A DNA stretch of 63,589 nt, counting the filler, from Sluysia triapertura (Eukaryota): the NCBI GenBank assembly GCA_046118255.1. It is 4 parts of 4 records of this genome, joined end to end, with 100 filler letters (N's around TTAATTAATTAA, not from the genome) between each part and the next. Parts side by side here need not be neighbours in the genome. Positions count along the whole stretch, not along the records: positions 26,824 to 51,241 come from JBJNIA010191828.1; 3 more parts are not named here. One strand, given 5' to 3'. A program made the position numbers and the translations under genes. Under the pieces are notes generated by a model that made no database searches, had not been told where the DNA came from, and saw nothing but the letters and a program-made list of their open reading frames with translations. This document shows, one piece after another, positions 26,824-40,520 of the stretch (the stretch's first letter is position 1; every line of letters starts with the position of its first letter).

Positions 26824-28910
26824 TATATTGCATATATTTTGAACCATTGATAATAGAAAAGCCTTCAATAATAGATTATATTTTTAAATGCAAACAATCG
26901 ATTCAATATACCACAGTAATGACGTTTACACTTTATAATAAGTCAGTAACAATAGATTTCATGGAGATTTTTAAGAAAAAAGATGTAAATAAAACAATAA
27001 GTACACTATTTCCTACTGAATTAAGTAAGCATCCAGATAAGAATATAAGTAAGAAAATAAGTAAGGATACAAAATATTTTTATAATTGCACTTTTAATCT
27101 TTACCATAATCTATATGTTATTCACTATTTATTACATAATTACTTGTAATAGGGTACCAAGTATGATCTTATCAATTACGTACGCGTCGCAGAGAATTTA
27201 CAAATCGAAATACTTGGATTTTTATAATTTCGACACAGAAGTTCAAATTAAGGTAACTAAAAATATTAAAGCATACAGTACATATGTATCAATCCAGCAA
27301 GACTTAATTTTAGTATATGTGAATTACATAGACATGTTTTACCAAATACAGAGTATCCAGTAACAATCTGCAAGGACTATTTACTTTCAGAAGATATACA
27401 TATAATAATATTTATCCAGCATCAGGCTAAAACTATTAAACAACTTCATTTTGCTATACAGGGAATCAAAGAACCAACTACAATTATAGATACTTTAAAA
27501 AAGGATCCGTCAATAGTTATTCTAGTAATCTCAGCTAAATTATTTATTATTGCATTAATAATAACCTTACTAATGATTATGATGTTCCTTATGAATAAAT
27601 GTAAGTATACTAATACTAATTGAAATAACGACAACGATAATCATCATTATTATAATGATGATTCAAAGATATTATGCTCTTCCTCCAGGACTGCCATCAC
27701 CAATATATGAACACAATACATTTAAGACTACCTACATATTATAGTGGATTCCAAATATCATCAGTATTATTATGTATTAGTTTAATAACAACCAAAGCCT
27801 CTTCCGAAGTAACCATAAAGAAATTAAGGAAACAAATTATTCTACAATAATATACAAATTACTATTCAAGCTAAGACCAACATAATAATAGTCGTAGCTA
27901 AGCAAATAGATGAGTAATTAGTTAGTCTATCTATTAATTGCTGTTTCAATAAGTTTTGTACTACTTCCTCAACACCAATTAAAGCTTCAATATACTGGGT
28001 AGTAGCTTGTGAAGATCCATTAAAATCCCAATTATACCAAGTCAAAATAACAATGGAATTAAATGATAGAGTAATACTATATTATTGGATTGAAACCTTG
28101 CCTTATGTATTCTACGATAAATTCAGTAAGCAATGGTTAAACTGTTCCATAACGGCATTAGCTAATGAAATCGACTTAATTAAGGTAGCAAATAATTCAA
28201 TTATAATAAGATATGAAACTGATAAAGAAACTATTACAGAATTAATTCCACCGAAACACACTACTATATTGAATTATTATCCTGAGTCGATCTTTTCAAC
28301 AATTTATGCATGGATTCTCAAAGCTAATGAATCATTAAAAGCGAATGACTGGTGAATCACAAAACCATACATTTTCATTATACCCATTGTTAAGGAAACT
28401 ACAATTATTAAACCAGATAAGAATATGCTAAGTAAATCAATACAAGTTAAGAAAACAATATCAATAGCTAGGAATATAACTAACATACCTAATAAAATTA
28501 ATAAAATCAGTTTAATTAATTCGAAAATCTCCAAACACAATGTTGACACTAATGAACTTAAAATCAACATTCATCTTTGCATTATCATATTCATGCTTTA
28601 TGCTTTTCTTGCAATTAATCTTGTGACTGAAGCTACAAAAATGTATAAAGGAATACCTCGTAGACTGACACATGCAATTAAAGTATAGGATTAAACAATA
28701 TATAGAAAAGTTACGTGTGATCGATGTTGATGGTTTTATTTCTGTCCAACCGGTCACCTAACTTTACAGAATATTCTTTAATATATTTCATATTTTTTAC
28801 CATGTACATAAATTAGGACCATAATGTAGTACTTTAATTAATTAATTAACTAACTAACTAACATTAAAATATTATTACTTTATTATATTTATATTTTTCT
28901 TTTTCAGTTA

Positions 28911-29366
28911 ATGTATTTTCACCGCTGCTCAATTTGTCAACGTTCCATTCATAAACACTTCATAAAAACATATCCTTGTTTTCACAAATTTCACTTCAAA
29001 TGTATTATTAATTTATTTCATTACACTATCACAGAATATATGAACTGCCCTTTGTGCAGAACATCAGTGAAAGAAATTTATACTTTTTATAAAGGAAAAC
29101 AGCAATTTACATATACATTAGAAAAGGTTCCATTATATCTTCACGATCAACACGTAGAAGTTCAGGAGGTAGTGATTAATCACCCTGAGCATTTTAAGAA
29201 AAATAATAAACATTCATTAGCGATACCGCCTCCAAATTTTCCTTCTGGGTTGTTAAAGTCCCAGAAGCATAATAGACGTCGTCAAATAAGACGTCTTTAC
29301 AAAAGAGCGGGTTTATACAATAAGGATAAAATAATTAATCCATTTATTAAGAAAAATCGTAGTTAA
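28911..29366 (+). CDS. RING-H2 finger protein with basic C-terminus (element accessory ORF)
   Basis: C-x2-C-x13-C-x-H-x2-H-x2-C-x14-C-x2-C; intact 151-aa ORF; splice acceptor at 28907; AATAAA near 29413. Confidence 0.8.
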   Translation: MYFHRCSICQRSIHKHFIKTYPCFHKFHFKCIINLFHYTITEYMNCPLCRTSVKEIYTFYKGKQQFTYTLEKVPLYLHDQHVEVQEVVINHPEHFKKNNKHSLAIPPPNFPSGLLKSQKHNRRRQIRRLYKRAGLYNKDKIINPFIKKNRS

Positions 29367-29515
29367 GGTTTTTATTTTTTTTACTCCAAAATCATATAAG
29401 GTACTATAATTAAATAAATAAAAATGTAAAATATTTAAAATTAAACTAACGTTTTATTTCATTTTTATGTGCTCTTCACTTCTTTTATGTATATTATTTT
29501 ATTTAGAACTGTAAC

Positions 29516-30660
29516 ATGAATGCACAGGCAAAAATTATAAATAATATTACATCTTTTTACAACAGTATAGACCGTTATTGTGGTCAGAACGACTCCCCTT
29601 TGTCTTTCCTTAAACCAAATCTAACACCTAACATACTTAAGAATGAAATGAATATACCATTTATCATTCATCTTTTCCGAGTGGATAAATTAGAAGCGCC
29701 TTTAGTGGTAAACCTCTTACAAGGTTACCCTGAAAATAACCAAGCAATATTAATCGCGGCAGCAAGATGAAATATTAAAGTAACAATGTATATAGACTTC
29801 AACCCCTTGTAAATAAGACTCCAAAGTTACTCATCGCATCAAATAATCAAAATGTGCATGATGCCACACCACAAAACTTATCACATCACAGAAACCATCA
29901 AGCCGAGAATACGAATTAAAAACTACTTGACAATTGATCACAAAATAAAGGAAAAAGATTTAGATAATGCGAAAGATATAAGTGATATTAGAAAATTCTG
30001 GGATCTTTCTACCCAGAACTCATAATTAAAACTTTAGCCATACTACACGGTTGGTTGACAGGTGTTGTAAATCTGACCTTCACCAACCTCGTATCTCAAA
30101 ACTCATTGAATTTAATTTTAATTTGCTATACACTGTTGTCCCGAAATCATTCACGTGTAAACAACACATGAAGGACTCCATTTCTATTTTCGATATCTTA
30201 ATAAACAAAGATGAGTCGTTCCTACCACAAATAATTAAAATTAATCATACAGATAGTTCTATCTCATCTCAAAATGATTCTCCTAAAAATAATAAAATCA
30301 TTCCTTTTTCTTCATCTTCTTTTTTACATTTACATGACAATACCTCTTGCTGCACAAATAACAATTGTAACATTTTCAATTTTTCAAAACCGATACCGCA
30401 TGCAGAACACATCACACGCCTAAAAAATCAATCCAGGAAAAGAAAGACATCAGAGTCGACACCAGATGCAGATGAACTGAAAGCAGTGGACTTCAACCTG
30501 ATATTCAAATCCAGTACACAACGTGGACTTGGATGACGATGACATCCAATCTCCGGAAATGGATATTAAGGATGCTGAAGATAATGACTACTATTTTTTG
30601 TCTTCACTACTATCAGACGATCAATTCTTCAGAATGGATGAGGTCATCGACCTTATATAA
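29516..30660 (+). pseudogene. fragmented accessory ORF with NLS-like and acidic C-terminus
   Basis: ORFs 29516-29770 and 30051-30536 plus frameshifted DLDDDDIQSPEMD..* tail; RKRK motif; acceptor at 29506. Confidence 0.5.
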
Positions 30661-32699
30661 AATTGGAGACCAATTTTCCCGGTCGGGGTAGCTCTTATTG
30701 TAATAAGAGTATATTGATATTCAGTGTATTGATATTTATAACAATGTGTAATATAACAGTCAGTGACTAAAGTGATTAAATATTAATAAATAATGGTTGT
30801 GAGAATATTGATATTTATAACAATGATTGATAACATTGTGATATTTATTATTCTGATTATAACTTTGTTTTAATTTGGAATTTTAATAAATTTTAATAAA
30901 ATGAATTTACATAAATTTTATTAGAATACTGTAACAATTTAATGTAAGAATTTTTATTTATTTAACTTTACCAATTAATTTTTATTTTATTTTATTTCTA
31001 AATCTAGCGTCACTAAATTATTAATTTTAAATTTTGTTTAAATTTTTAATTTTTACTTTGTTTTAGTCAGACTAAAACATGTATATAAAGGTCTACTCTT
31101 TTAACTTGAAACACACACAGAAAATTTTACAAGATTCTTAAGACAGAGTTTTACGAAAGTTTTTTTGGGTTTCAGCTAATATATAGATAATTCTACGGAA
31201 ATTTTTCAACTACCCATAAGTGACGTTAGTTTAATAATTTTAAGGCTGATATAATCTTTATATCTTCAGTAAAATATACTTAAAATCTGTATTTAGAATT
31301 TAGATCTTATAAAGATCCATGGCAAAATCATTTTTTAAAATAATAATCGCTGAGTATAACTAACTAACAATAGTTAGTTAAAGTAAATTTTTTAATTACT
31401 ATTATTGTCAATATTATTTGTCAATTTTATATTTTGTAATTAGATAATAAAAAGATTCTTTTGTTACGATTTTTTTAATTTACATATTTACAAAATCCAT
31501 TAAATTCATAATATTTGTAGCTTTCAAGAATCTAGAATTTAATTCTAGAAAGTAAATTTGCATTTAATGATTCCGTATAAGTGTAAAGATGGGTTCTCAC
31601 CTAACCTACGATGCAAATAAACCTGGAGAGAGTTCGCCTAACAGAAAACGACTTAAGTCTGAATGACGACCGATTTACTGTGCAAAAATCGAAATGAACA
31701 AGTGTCAAGATAAGGATCACCTAAGGAGAATTTTAGTCTATTTAGAATGTTGTAATTGATAATAAATTTAACTGATTTTGAGTTAGCCTTTTTAGACTTG
31801 TTAATGAAATATTAAATTAGCCGTTTACGGTCTAATTATTGAAAACTGTGATGTAAATTTTATAATATTAATCTAGTCTTGTTACGGTCTAGCGTTTGAC
31901 AATGATTTTAATAATAATTTCAAAACAAATTTTAAGTAAAGAAAGTTTTATTTACCACAAAGAATACTCAAAATTATAATTCAACACAAAATATTAGGAA
32001 GAATTTATATTACAGACAATGATTTTATTCAACTTAAATTCCGAAGAATTTAGTTTTATTATTTTAGACTGATTTTTACTTATCCGTTTACGGGATAAGC
32101 AAAGTTAAAAAATAGTTTAAGTAGAAATTTACTTCTCCCTTTTTACGGTGAGAAGGTCATACAACTTAATAAATATAAACTTGCCACTTTCATGGATATC
32201 TGGTGGAAGATTTTGAAGATTAGTTACCAACTGGCTATTAAAATAAAATTGTGTTAAATCTGCAAAAGTCAGTGACTTTTATACACAATTTTCTTTCAAC
32301 GGCCATGTTGTTTGTTATTTTGAAAAACTGGCACATATAATTAATTTACTTTAATTAAACAAAATTTATAAATATTACTTTCAATAAGGATTTTTAAATA
32401 TTAAGAAATAATGATTTTTAATGATTTTTAAATATTTCTTTTAATGATTTTTTAAATATATTTCTTTATAATAATAATTTTTTATATCATAATAAATAAT
32501 AAATTAAATGTAAAATAAATCATAATAAAAATCATAATAAAGTAAATAATAACTAAATAAATTTACACAATAAAGTAAATTATCAACAGTTTAGGCAGTT
32601 AACAATTGATTTCTCACATAAGTTTCACACACCCAAATCTCACAGATATAAATTTGTATAAATCTGTGATCGGAGAACTTTTACTTCCGCTATCCCATT

Positions 32700-33560
32700 A
32701 TGATTTTAGTAATTTTTTCATTATCTCCAAAAAGTTCACTTTTAACAACGTTCCCCGACCACTTGTATAATTTAAGAAAATTTTGATTGCATTTATTTTT
32801 TTCATTTCGTTCATAATTTAAGATTTATATTTATGTTTGGATTGCCAAAGTATGAAAAGTGTGGAATTAGAAGTATGACAAGAGGAGAATGGAGCACTGT
32901 TGGAAGATGAAAACAAATAAAGTTATGTTGACAGCTGAAGAATATTTGAAATTAGAAAGACCTTTAAAAGACCTGAGGTTGGTTTTGAATTGGTGAGACA
33001 CCTTTGAATTTCTGAATCTGAGATCATCTAAGACCTTATTAAACTTTAAGAATGTTTGAGACCTCGATAAGCATTTAATATCTTTGAGTAACCTTACAAG
33101 CTAGTTGAAATCTTTAAAATATTTGAGAAATAAAATCATTGTTGCTAATATTAAAAATAAGTTTATGAATGGTTTGTTTGAGAATAAAAACCTTAAAGAT
33201 CTTTCATTAGAAAATCGGGTGCAAAAAACCGAAAATCAATTAAATTCTAAAAACTAAAATTAAATTCATTATTTTCGTGTATGTTAATAGTACTAATGAT
33301 TGTTATTTTGACGTGGAAAGTAATTTAAGTAAAAATAAATGATCATAAATCTTTTTTTTGTGTTTCGTACATAATAAAGTCTGGCAGACCGTACCATATA
33401 AATGTCAAAATTATTATTGTCGGTTTAATTCCCAAAGAATGATGTCTGTGAAAGAATGTTTGATTGTAAATCTTAAGGGCGATTGAATAATGAAAAGTAT
33501 AAAAGTACTTGGAAATTTTATTAAGGGTATCGCTCAAAAAATATGTTCCGGTCCTAATTC
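32700..33560 (-). pseudogene. leucine-rich-repeat gene relic
   Basis: Periodic F.GL..L-like peptides: FSNERSLRFL, FKDFN*L, NAYRGLKH, KFKGVS, SFKGLSNF. Confidence 0.5.
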
Positions 33561-35539
33561 CATGCCTGAATAAAGTTTTTTGTTAAGTTATACTTTATAA
33601 TTTCACTAATGATATTAGACCCTTTTTTGTCATTATAAAAGGAATTTTCCTTTATTCTACATAAATATTTTAAGAATTCCCTATTTATTTAAAATCATTT
33701 TTTGAAATTCCCTATAAAATTATTTTGGAAGATTATTATAAATAGTAATAATAAAAAGTAGTAATTGCATTTTTATTTGTCTGTGTTGCATCATTGTATT
33801 ATTAACATTATTTTAAAATTATTGATAATTTTGAGATTTAGCCACTTTGTATTAGTATTAAAATAAAAACTGTTAGTAAACAATGTGTAACTGATATTGT
33901 AATTATTAAATTATTGAGTTGGTGTTATTAATTTAAATTGACACAGGTAATATTTTGGTTTTAATACATAAGTAAATGTAATATCTGATATGTGATGAGA
34001 TGTTTTATTATGTGTAATATTTTATAAGATTGATATTTTATAATTATTTTATAATTATTTGGACATTGTATGATTTAAAATGTTTTAATCATTGGCACGA
34101 ATAATTATTGAAATTATATTTTAAAATAGATTTTTGAATAATTTAGTTTAAATAATTGTAAATAATTAATTGCATTCAAATAAATATAAATATAAACTAA
34201 CTGAATTTAATTAGAAAAATACAATCAATAATTCTATGATCATAAAACTAGTATATAAACTAGACACATTCTTTATAGAGTTAAAAATACAAAAAAGCAA
34301 AAAACTATTAATCAATGAATCTCGTTGTCTCTCAAGCAGTATTTCTTCGATCTTCGAATATCGATCGTCACAACAATTGTGAAATTCTTAAAAATACCTA
34401 ACCAGCTCTTTCAATCGAATTTGAATTATTGTTAGTTTTTATATATAGATTGTGAAGACAAAATCAAATAAAATTTTCTTTTTACAGATCAGTTAATTAC
34501 AAAATCTTAATTAAAATCTCATCAACAAGATTATTACAGTTTAATTAATAATCTTAGTAATTCAATATTAATATTATTCGTGACCGTCATTTTGTAGATA
34601 AAAGCATTATTGAATTTTAAATTTTAATATAATCTAATGTTTGGTAAATTTTATATGAAAAACTATTCTAAAATTATAGTTATTGATCCCTTTAATTGGA
34701 TCAAAAGTAACTTATCTCTAAAATTAAGTTTGATAAAATTACTCTTTCTCGCAGGTTCTAGTTACACAGGACCTTAATAAAATCAAATTAACAATCTCGC
34801 GAATACGCGGAACATTAACAAGCAGATAAATAGTTTTAAAATCTTATTAACTCACCAGAAGGCAGAAAAAGAATCAACACATCCCACTGGGATAAACTTT
34901 AGTGACAATTGCATAATTGGTAAATTAACCTCAATCATCATTTTTATTTACGTTCTTCAAAATCCTACGACTAGCCCTAACATGTAAGACTATAAACGTA
35001 AGTGAACTCACTGTTAATTTTTCTTTTTGATTATTACACAAAGTAATCTTCCAAATATTATTGCCAAAATAAGAGAATTTGTGATAATTTAAATTTGATG
35101 TGTGAATATTGAATTTATTGGGATTTCATTAAGTAAACTGATCTGTTTTTGACTTACTGTTATTAACAATATTAAAGACGCAACATAATTTTTGGTGCCC
35201 TCAGTACTTTAACTTGATAATTATTTATAAATTATTTAAGTTTTGGTTTATTTTTACACGTAACACTAAAAATATCAAACAATTACACAATCGCTTACCG
35301 ACTTAGCACACTAACAAAACCACTAAAACTTAACAATGAAATTTCTATCTTTCTATCTTATTTTTTTCCTTCTTTTAACTCGCATTTCATTTCTTTCCAC
35401 ACTTTTGCCAACAGGAATCTCATATCTTTTTCTTTGAAATATTCTCTACTATTATTGCGGTTTCTCAGTTTATTTATTGTTTGAATGCTCTTATTTTCGA
35501 GGGAAATTTGATTTACAAAAAAAATTTATCGCACAAGGT

Positions 35540-36260
35540 CGTTTTGGATTCATTCACTGTTACTATATCGTTTTTGTTTACATTATCAACCAGAATACAA
35601 TGACTAGCTTGAATTAAATACAAATGATGAAAGTATTTGATATTCAAAGATTCGAAAAAATCTAATTTATGACATACTGCATCGTAAGATGTAGTTATAT
35701 CTATCGTCAATATAAATAGTAGCAGATACAAATAAAATTTAGTTTTCTTAAATTTAGTCAGAATTTTAACTCAAAAAGAAAAATTAGACGATCAAATAAA
35801 TTTAGGCAATGGGAATGCTAAGCATAATGAATTTAAAGTTGTAATTGTATTTTTGCAAGATATCAAGAAGAGGTCCAATGTTAGATACCATGTAATGATA
35901 ATGAAATAATGAATTTAGAGTCAAGTAATATCATCAAACTATTACGAAATTTAGAAACAAGAGTACAGGTTGATCTACCACGTAACCTAAATGTCATGAT
36001 GAATATCGTTGAAGTAACCATCGAGCTAGCATAAGACATTGAAAAAAATCAAGGCGTATCGTTTAATACCGACGTAACTATGATTTCGAAGACGAGCAAC
36101 CTTAGTGCAGATAACGCTACCTCTGGACAGAATAGACCAGTTACAAGTAAGAGAATCATTTTTCTCTTTCATTTTATTGCTGCAGTTGTCATATTATGTG
36201 CTTTTTATGTCTACGAATTTTTCATTCTTCATAATTTGTTAATTAATATTACACAATTAG
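35540..36260 (+). pseudogene. LRR-LRRCT-stalk-TM gene relic
   Basis: IINQNTMTSLN, LYLSS, HNEF..CNC....C*IP (LRRCT-like), S/T stalk, TM IIFLFHFIAAVVILCAFYVY. Confidence 0.5.
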
Positions 36261-36949
36261 TTGATAATTTCGTTTATTTCATTAAATGTTATATCATCAA
36301 TGTTAATTCGTTAAAAGTATTTTTACTAATGACAATAATGGTTATAATTATAAGTATGGTTGAAAATCACACAAAAATAACGCACATCACAAAATATTTA
36401 AGAATAAACACTAAAAATATAAAACATAGATACTACACCAGCAAAACATCAAACACCAAAATAATCGTACAATTGATCAGTTCTTAATAACAATGAAATT
36501 TCTATAAAACAATTTCTTTCTTATTTAACACTCTTTTTACGAGTTCACACGATTATTTCGATCAATAAAGAACGATATTCTGTAATTAATTCGAAATCAA
36601 AACGAAGAATCAACAATTAACAAGTACCAACGAAAAACATATCAAATTTCTCTGAACACGAAAAAGTAGTGCTACAGCACTAAGATATTATTCAAACACA
36701 AGATGATGAAATCTAAAAGTTAAAGTCGAATATTTAAATGAAGAAATAAAAAGCATTAATCATTTGAAGAAAATTATTAGTGTGAAATTATAATAAATTT
36801 TTCGAAATTTTATTATAATTTCAATATATATAGGCTACTAAATTTAGTAGCTTTCATAATTAATTTATAATTCTACCCACAATCAATTTATTTGTATACT
36901 TATCAACAGTTTTAGTATTAATCCTTAATAAAGTTATGAAATAAATAAA

Positions 36950-37690
36950 GATGTTATAATATTGATTTTTAATAAAGTTATATCTCTAATACATGATATA
37001 AATAAGATTAACATAATCTTGAATTTTAACCATGCAAATGTGAATAACGATAGTAATATCCTAATTTGTAACGAAATGATTGTAATTGAAATTCTAATTT
37101 TATTAAATAGAGGTAAAGTAGTCTCAAAGTTGAATAAAGTAGAATTAGACAAATTTATAAACTTATTTTATAAACGTGAACTACTTATGAACTCTAATAA
37201 ATTGCACGTTGAGAAGGATACACGTCTTTCTTATAGCTTAAATGCAGAAACATCGATCTTAATATTTAACAACCTGAATATATATAAAGTAATATTTCTT
37301 TTTAGAAGTTTTACTCAGATGAAGTAAATTACTTAACCAAAATCACAACTATGGAAATCAGCATCGGCAGAAGTAGAATTTTATACAAGATCAAAGCCTA
37401 TCATATCATCTACTTAATCCCATATATTACAAACACAACATACCAATTCACATTACCAAAATTGGAATAGTTTGGTTATAGAACTAGTATCTACCAATTT
37501 ACACCTAAATGATTTACCTATGTACCCTTACTTAGAAGTGTACACTTCTCATAGATCATACATCCATCGAATCTTTTTCTCTATTTGTTTTTACAAAAAA
37601 GTAGACTTTACAATTGTTATTTATATCGTTCAAGTTATAAATTCTTGTGGTCTTGTCTTTTCATTTTTTCAGAGTTTATTAATATAAATT
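36950..37690 (+). pseudogene. LRR-TM gene relic
   Basis: FINLFYKRELLMNSNKLHVEKDT, IFNNLN, terminal hydrophobic segment. Confidence 0.5.
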
Positions 37691-38759
37691 GTGTTGTGGT
37701 TTTAAAAAATTAAATAAAAATTGTATATTTAATCATTTTACAAATTTCAATAATGTGATAATTTATTATTTTCGAATTTTAAATCAAATGAAATGTTTAC
37801 TAAAATGCTTAATAAACCAATCTTACCAATCTTATATCAAACTATATACAATAAATATTCCCATCTTTCATTAAAATTTAAAAAATTTATCACAATAAAT
37901 AACATTTTTCTTAACAAATATTATATAATATCTATAATAAGACTAGGATAGTAGGCGAACTAATTGTATTAACTATTTTATTGGTGAGTATAGACTTAAT
38001 TTTCATAACCCTTCCACCAATAATAATTGCGTTAGCACTAAATAAATATAAAAGTAAATTTTCATTTTTTATTGAATTTCAGTCATTTTGTGTGAAAACT
38101 TGATATTAAGGATTTTTTAATTATATTGCTTAAAGGATTATTTGTGAAAAATATTATATTGCACAATAAGAGATAATTGAATTTTTAAGTTATTGTTTGG
38201 GATTTTACAAATAATTTATTATTTATAAATATATTTTCAGAATTATTAATTAATATTCGGACCGTGTTAGTTATATTAATTATTGTGGATATTTATAGTA
38301 CATATACATCAGTTTTCTTTACTTTTCGGATTAGTACATTTAATTTAATAATTTTAATTTTTTTTGACCTTAGAAAAAATTAATATACACAGTGGTTAGT
38401 GCACTTTTATTTGATTAATAATTAAAGTTTTCGGGCACTATTATAGTAACCAATATTGCATTTTGCTTTAGTACTGAACCTTTTTGAAGGATCATTTTTC
38501 TATTTATTAGAAAACACGGTATCGATTGGTGCATATTTCTGTTTGACTTTTAATTTCGTCAATTTCAAATTAATTTTAAATATATTGTAATTATTTTAAA
38601 AATTAAAACAAAATTGAAGACGCAACATTTACAGAAACTGTGCAATATAATATTGTTATGCTATGTTATGTAATTTATGTATGTTATGAAATGTTTTCGT
38701 TTTAAATTATAACATAGTGACGATCCAACTACGCTTAAGCCAATTATTGTGTTATTAAA

Positions 38760-38990
38760 TAATACTGGTTATGTAAAAGTGGCTATCCATTTTCGGGAAA
38801 ATGCCCCGATCATATTTACATGTGGAAAATGTTATAATATACACGAATTTACAACTAGTCAAATGATGCTAGTTCCAGTTGGTGCCTAGTTGCTGACTAA
38901 GATGACAAGGGAATTAAAGTTGTACGAATCAATACTCTCAAAGATGACACCAACATTTTTGGTATTGCCCCTAACTTCTGGCCCACCCCG
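38760..38990. mobile_element. Tc1-like terminal fragment
   Basis: ends AACTTCTGGCCCACCCCG|TA, a typical Tc1-superfamily TIR. Confidence 0.4.
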
Positions 38991-39599
38991 TATTTTAAAA
39001 TATCATACCGAGTTATAAAATCGAACTTTTCAACGGATTCTGTTTAAATAGAATCCCAAATAAGTTTTTATTATTAATAATCTCGCTATTACATAAGTTA
39101 AGGAATTTTGGAGCTTACTATTTTTAAATTTTATAATATTATAACATACAAAAGCTAGTAACTTTACAACGTCTTAACCATTTATTTCATCACAAATCAT
39201 TAAATTTGTAAATTAAATTCAAATATAATAGTGATGTAAATTGAATTTCTCTTAACATCTCCAATTTCAATGTCACGTATTTTTCCTTCAACATTCAATT
39301 TTGTAACACAGATACCAAAGTTAACAACTCCAAGCTGAACTACTTTAACACTATACAATAGTTAAAAAACTTCTAAAGTAATTGAAACATTCATAGCATC
39401 AGAAATACAAGAAATGCACTTATTCAACATGTAAGTAACAAACGAGCAGTAACTGTAAAAAGACACGAACACTTTTCACATTTACAGATCTTAGATAAAA
39501 CAAAAGTATATTCAAGAACTATAAGAATTAAGTTTCAAAATAATTTTAATTTCAAAGAAAACGTTTTGAAAATTTTATACTCTTAGAGTATACTTACTA

Positions 39600-40520
39600 T
39601 TTGATACATTAAAATCTATCAATAATAATGATGTCTTTGATGACAATATATTAGAAAATATTTTTTTTCAAACATTTAGAATAAATCAGAAAATTCTACC
39701 TTATTCCGATTATCTTAGTCATGTAATTGTAGAAGAAATTGTAGATGATACCGTGTCAAGTAAAAAGGTAACGCAGTTCAAAACTATGATGAATCAAAGT
39801 TATATTAAAAGGAAAAGTGATGTTCCTAATTTATAAAGATGATCATAATAAAAGAGAGATCGTATAATTATTATTTACCGTGACATGTTACGAAAATGAT
39901 TCACCTTTTCAAGTATTTTGTTTCCGAACCTCTAAGTGACAGATCATCAACGATGGGATTCCAATTGACTGTGAGAAATTATTATCCGAATGATTTACAT
40001 AAATTCAATTATATTCATTCTAATCAAAATACAGGAGATACAGAACCACACATTAACCTATGTCATTATAAAATGAGCCGATGTCTTTTTGGTACCTCAA
40101 ATACTGGCGAATGTCTTATCTATAGCCGACGCTGTATTTATTTTCATGGTCTCACAGATGCACAACATACTTTCGGTGACGGTCAGATATTCAACTATAA
40201 TTCTGAACGAATTGCAAACCTGTTGACTACATTAAGATTAAAGCCATTCCTAACAAGTTCTTCAATATTTAGTATTTCAAATGATGAGCTTTAAACAAAT
40301 TAAAACATTATAAAAAATGAAAATTTATTTTTGAAGGTAAATTATTATATTTTAAAAATTTTATTAGACTTTCATGATTATATTTTTATTTATTTTTTAA
40401 GAATTCCAATTAACGTGTGGAAGGTGACATATACAAACATTGACCATCAATTATTAATATATAACTTTTATATTTTTAAATGTCCTTTTATTGAATTAGC
40501 TTTATAATAACAAATATATA
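39600..40520 (+). pseudogene. CCCH zinc-finger cargo gene, copy 3
   Basis: HYKMSRCLFGTSNTGECLIYSRRCIYFH (finger at 40082-40147); candidate intron 40337-40401; followed by a PPT-like motif at 40555-40598. Confidence 0.7.

Larger units (their letters stand above)
26847..31000 (+). mobile_element. 3' half of a cargo-rich Gypsy-like LTR element: integrase scraps, protease-like scrap, accessory ORFs, PPT-like motif, LTR start
   Basis: Integrase-like scraps (DYIFKCKQ..VTIDFM, RVPSMILS), FAIQG..TTIIDT at ~27450-27495, co-oriented ORFs to 30660, hairpin plus GTCGGGGTAG then TGT at ~30699. Confidence 0.55.

Noticed and set aside
31820-31870. spliced-leader RNA gene
   Set aside because: Only the 5' hairpin is similar; there is no ATG|GT junction or clear Sm site.
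33545-33575. FRHGIRT histidine-phosphatase-like motif on the minus strand
   Set aside because: Lacks the RHGxRxP proline and any further motifs; lies in a decayed LRR-like region.
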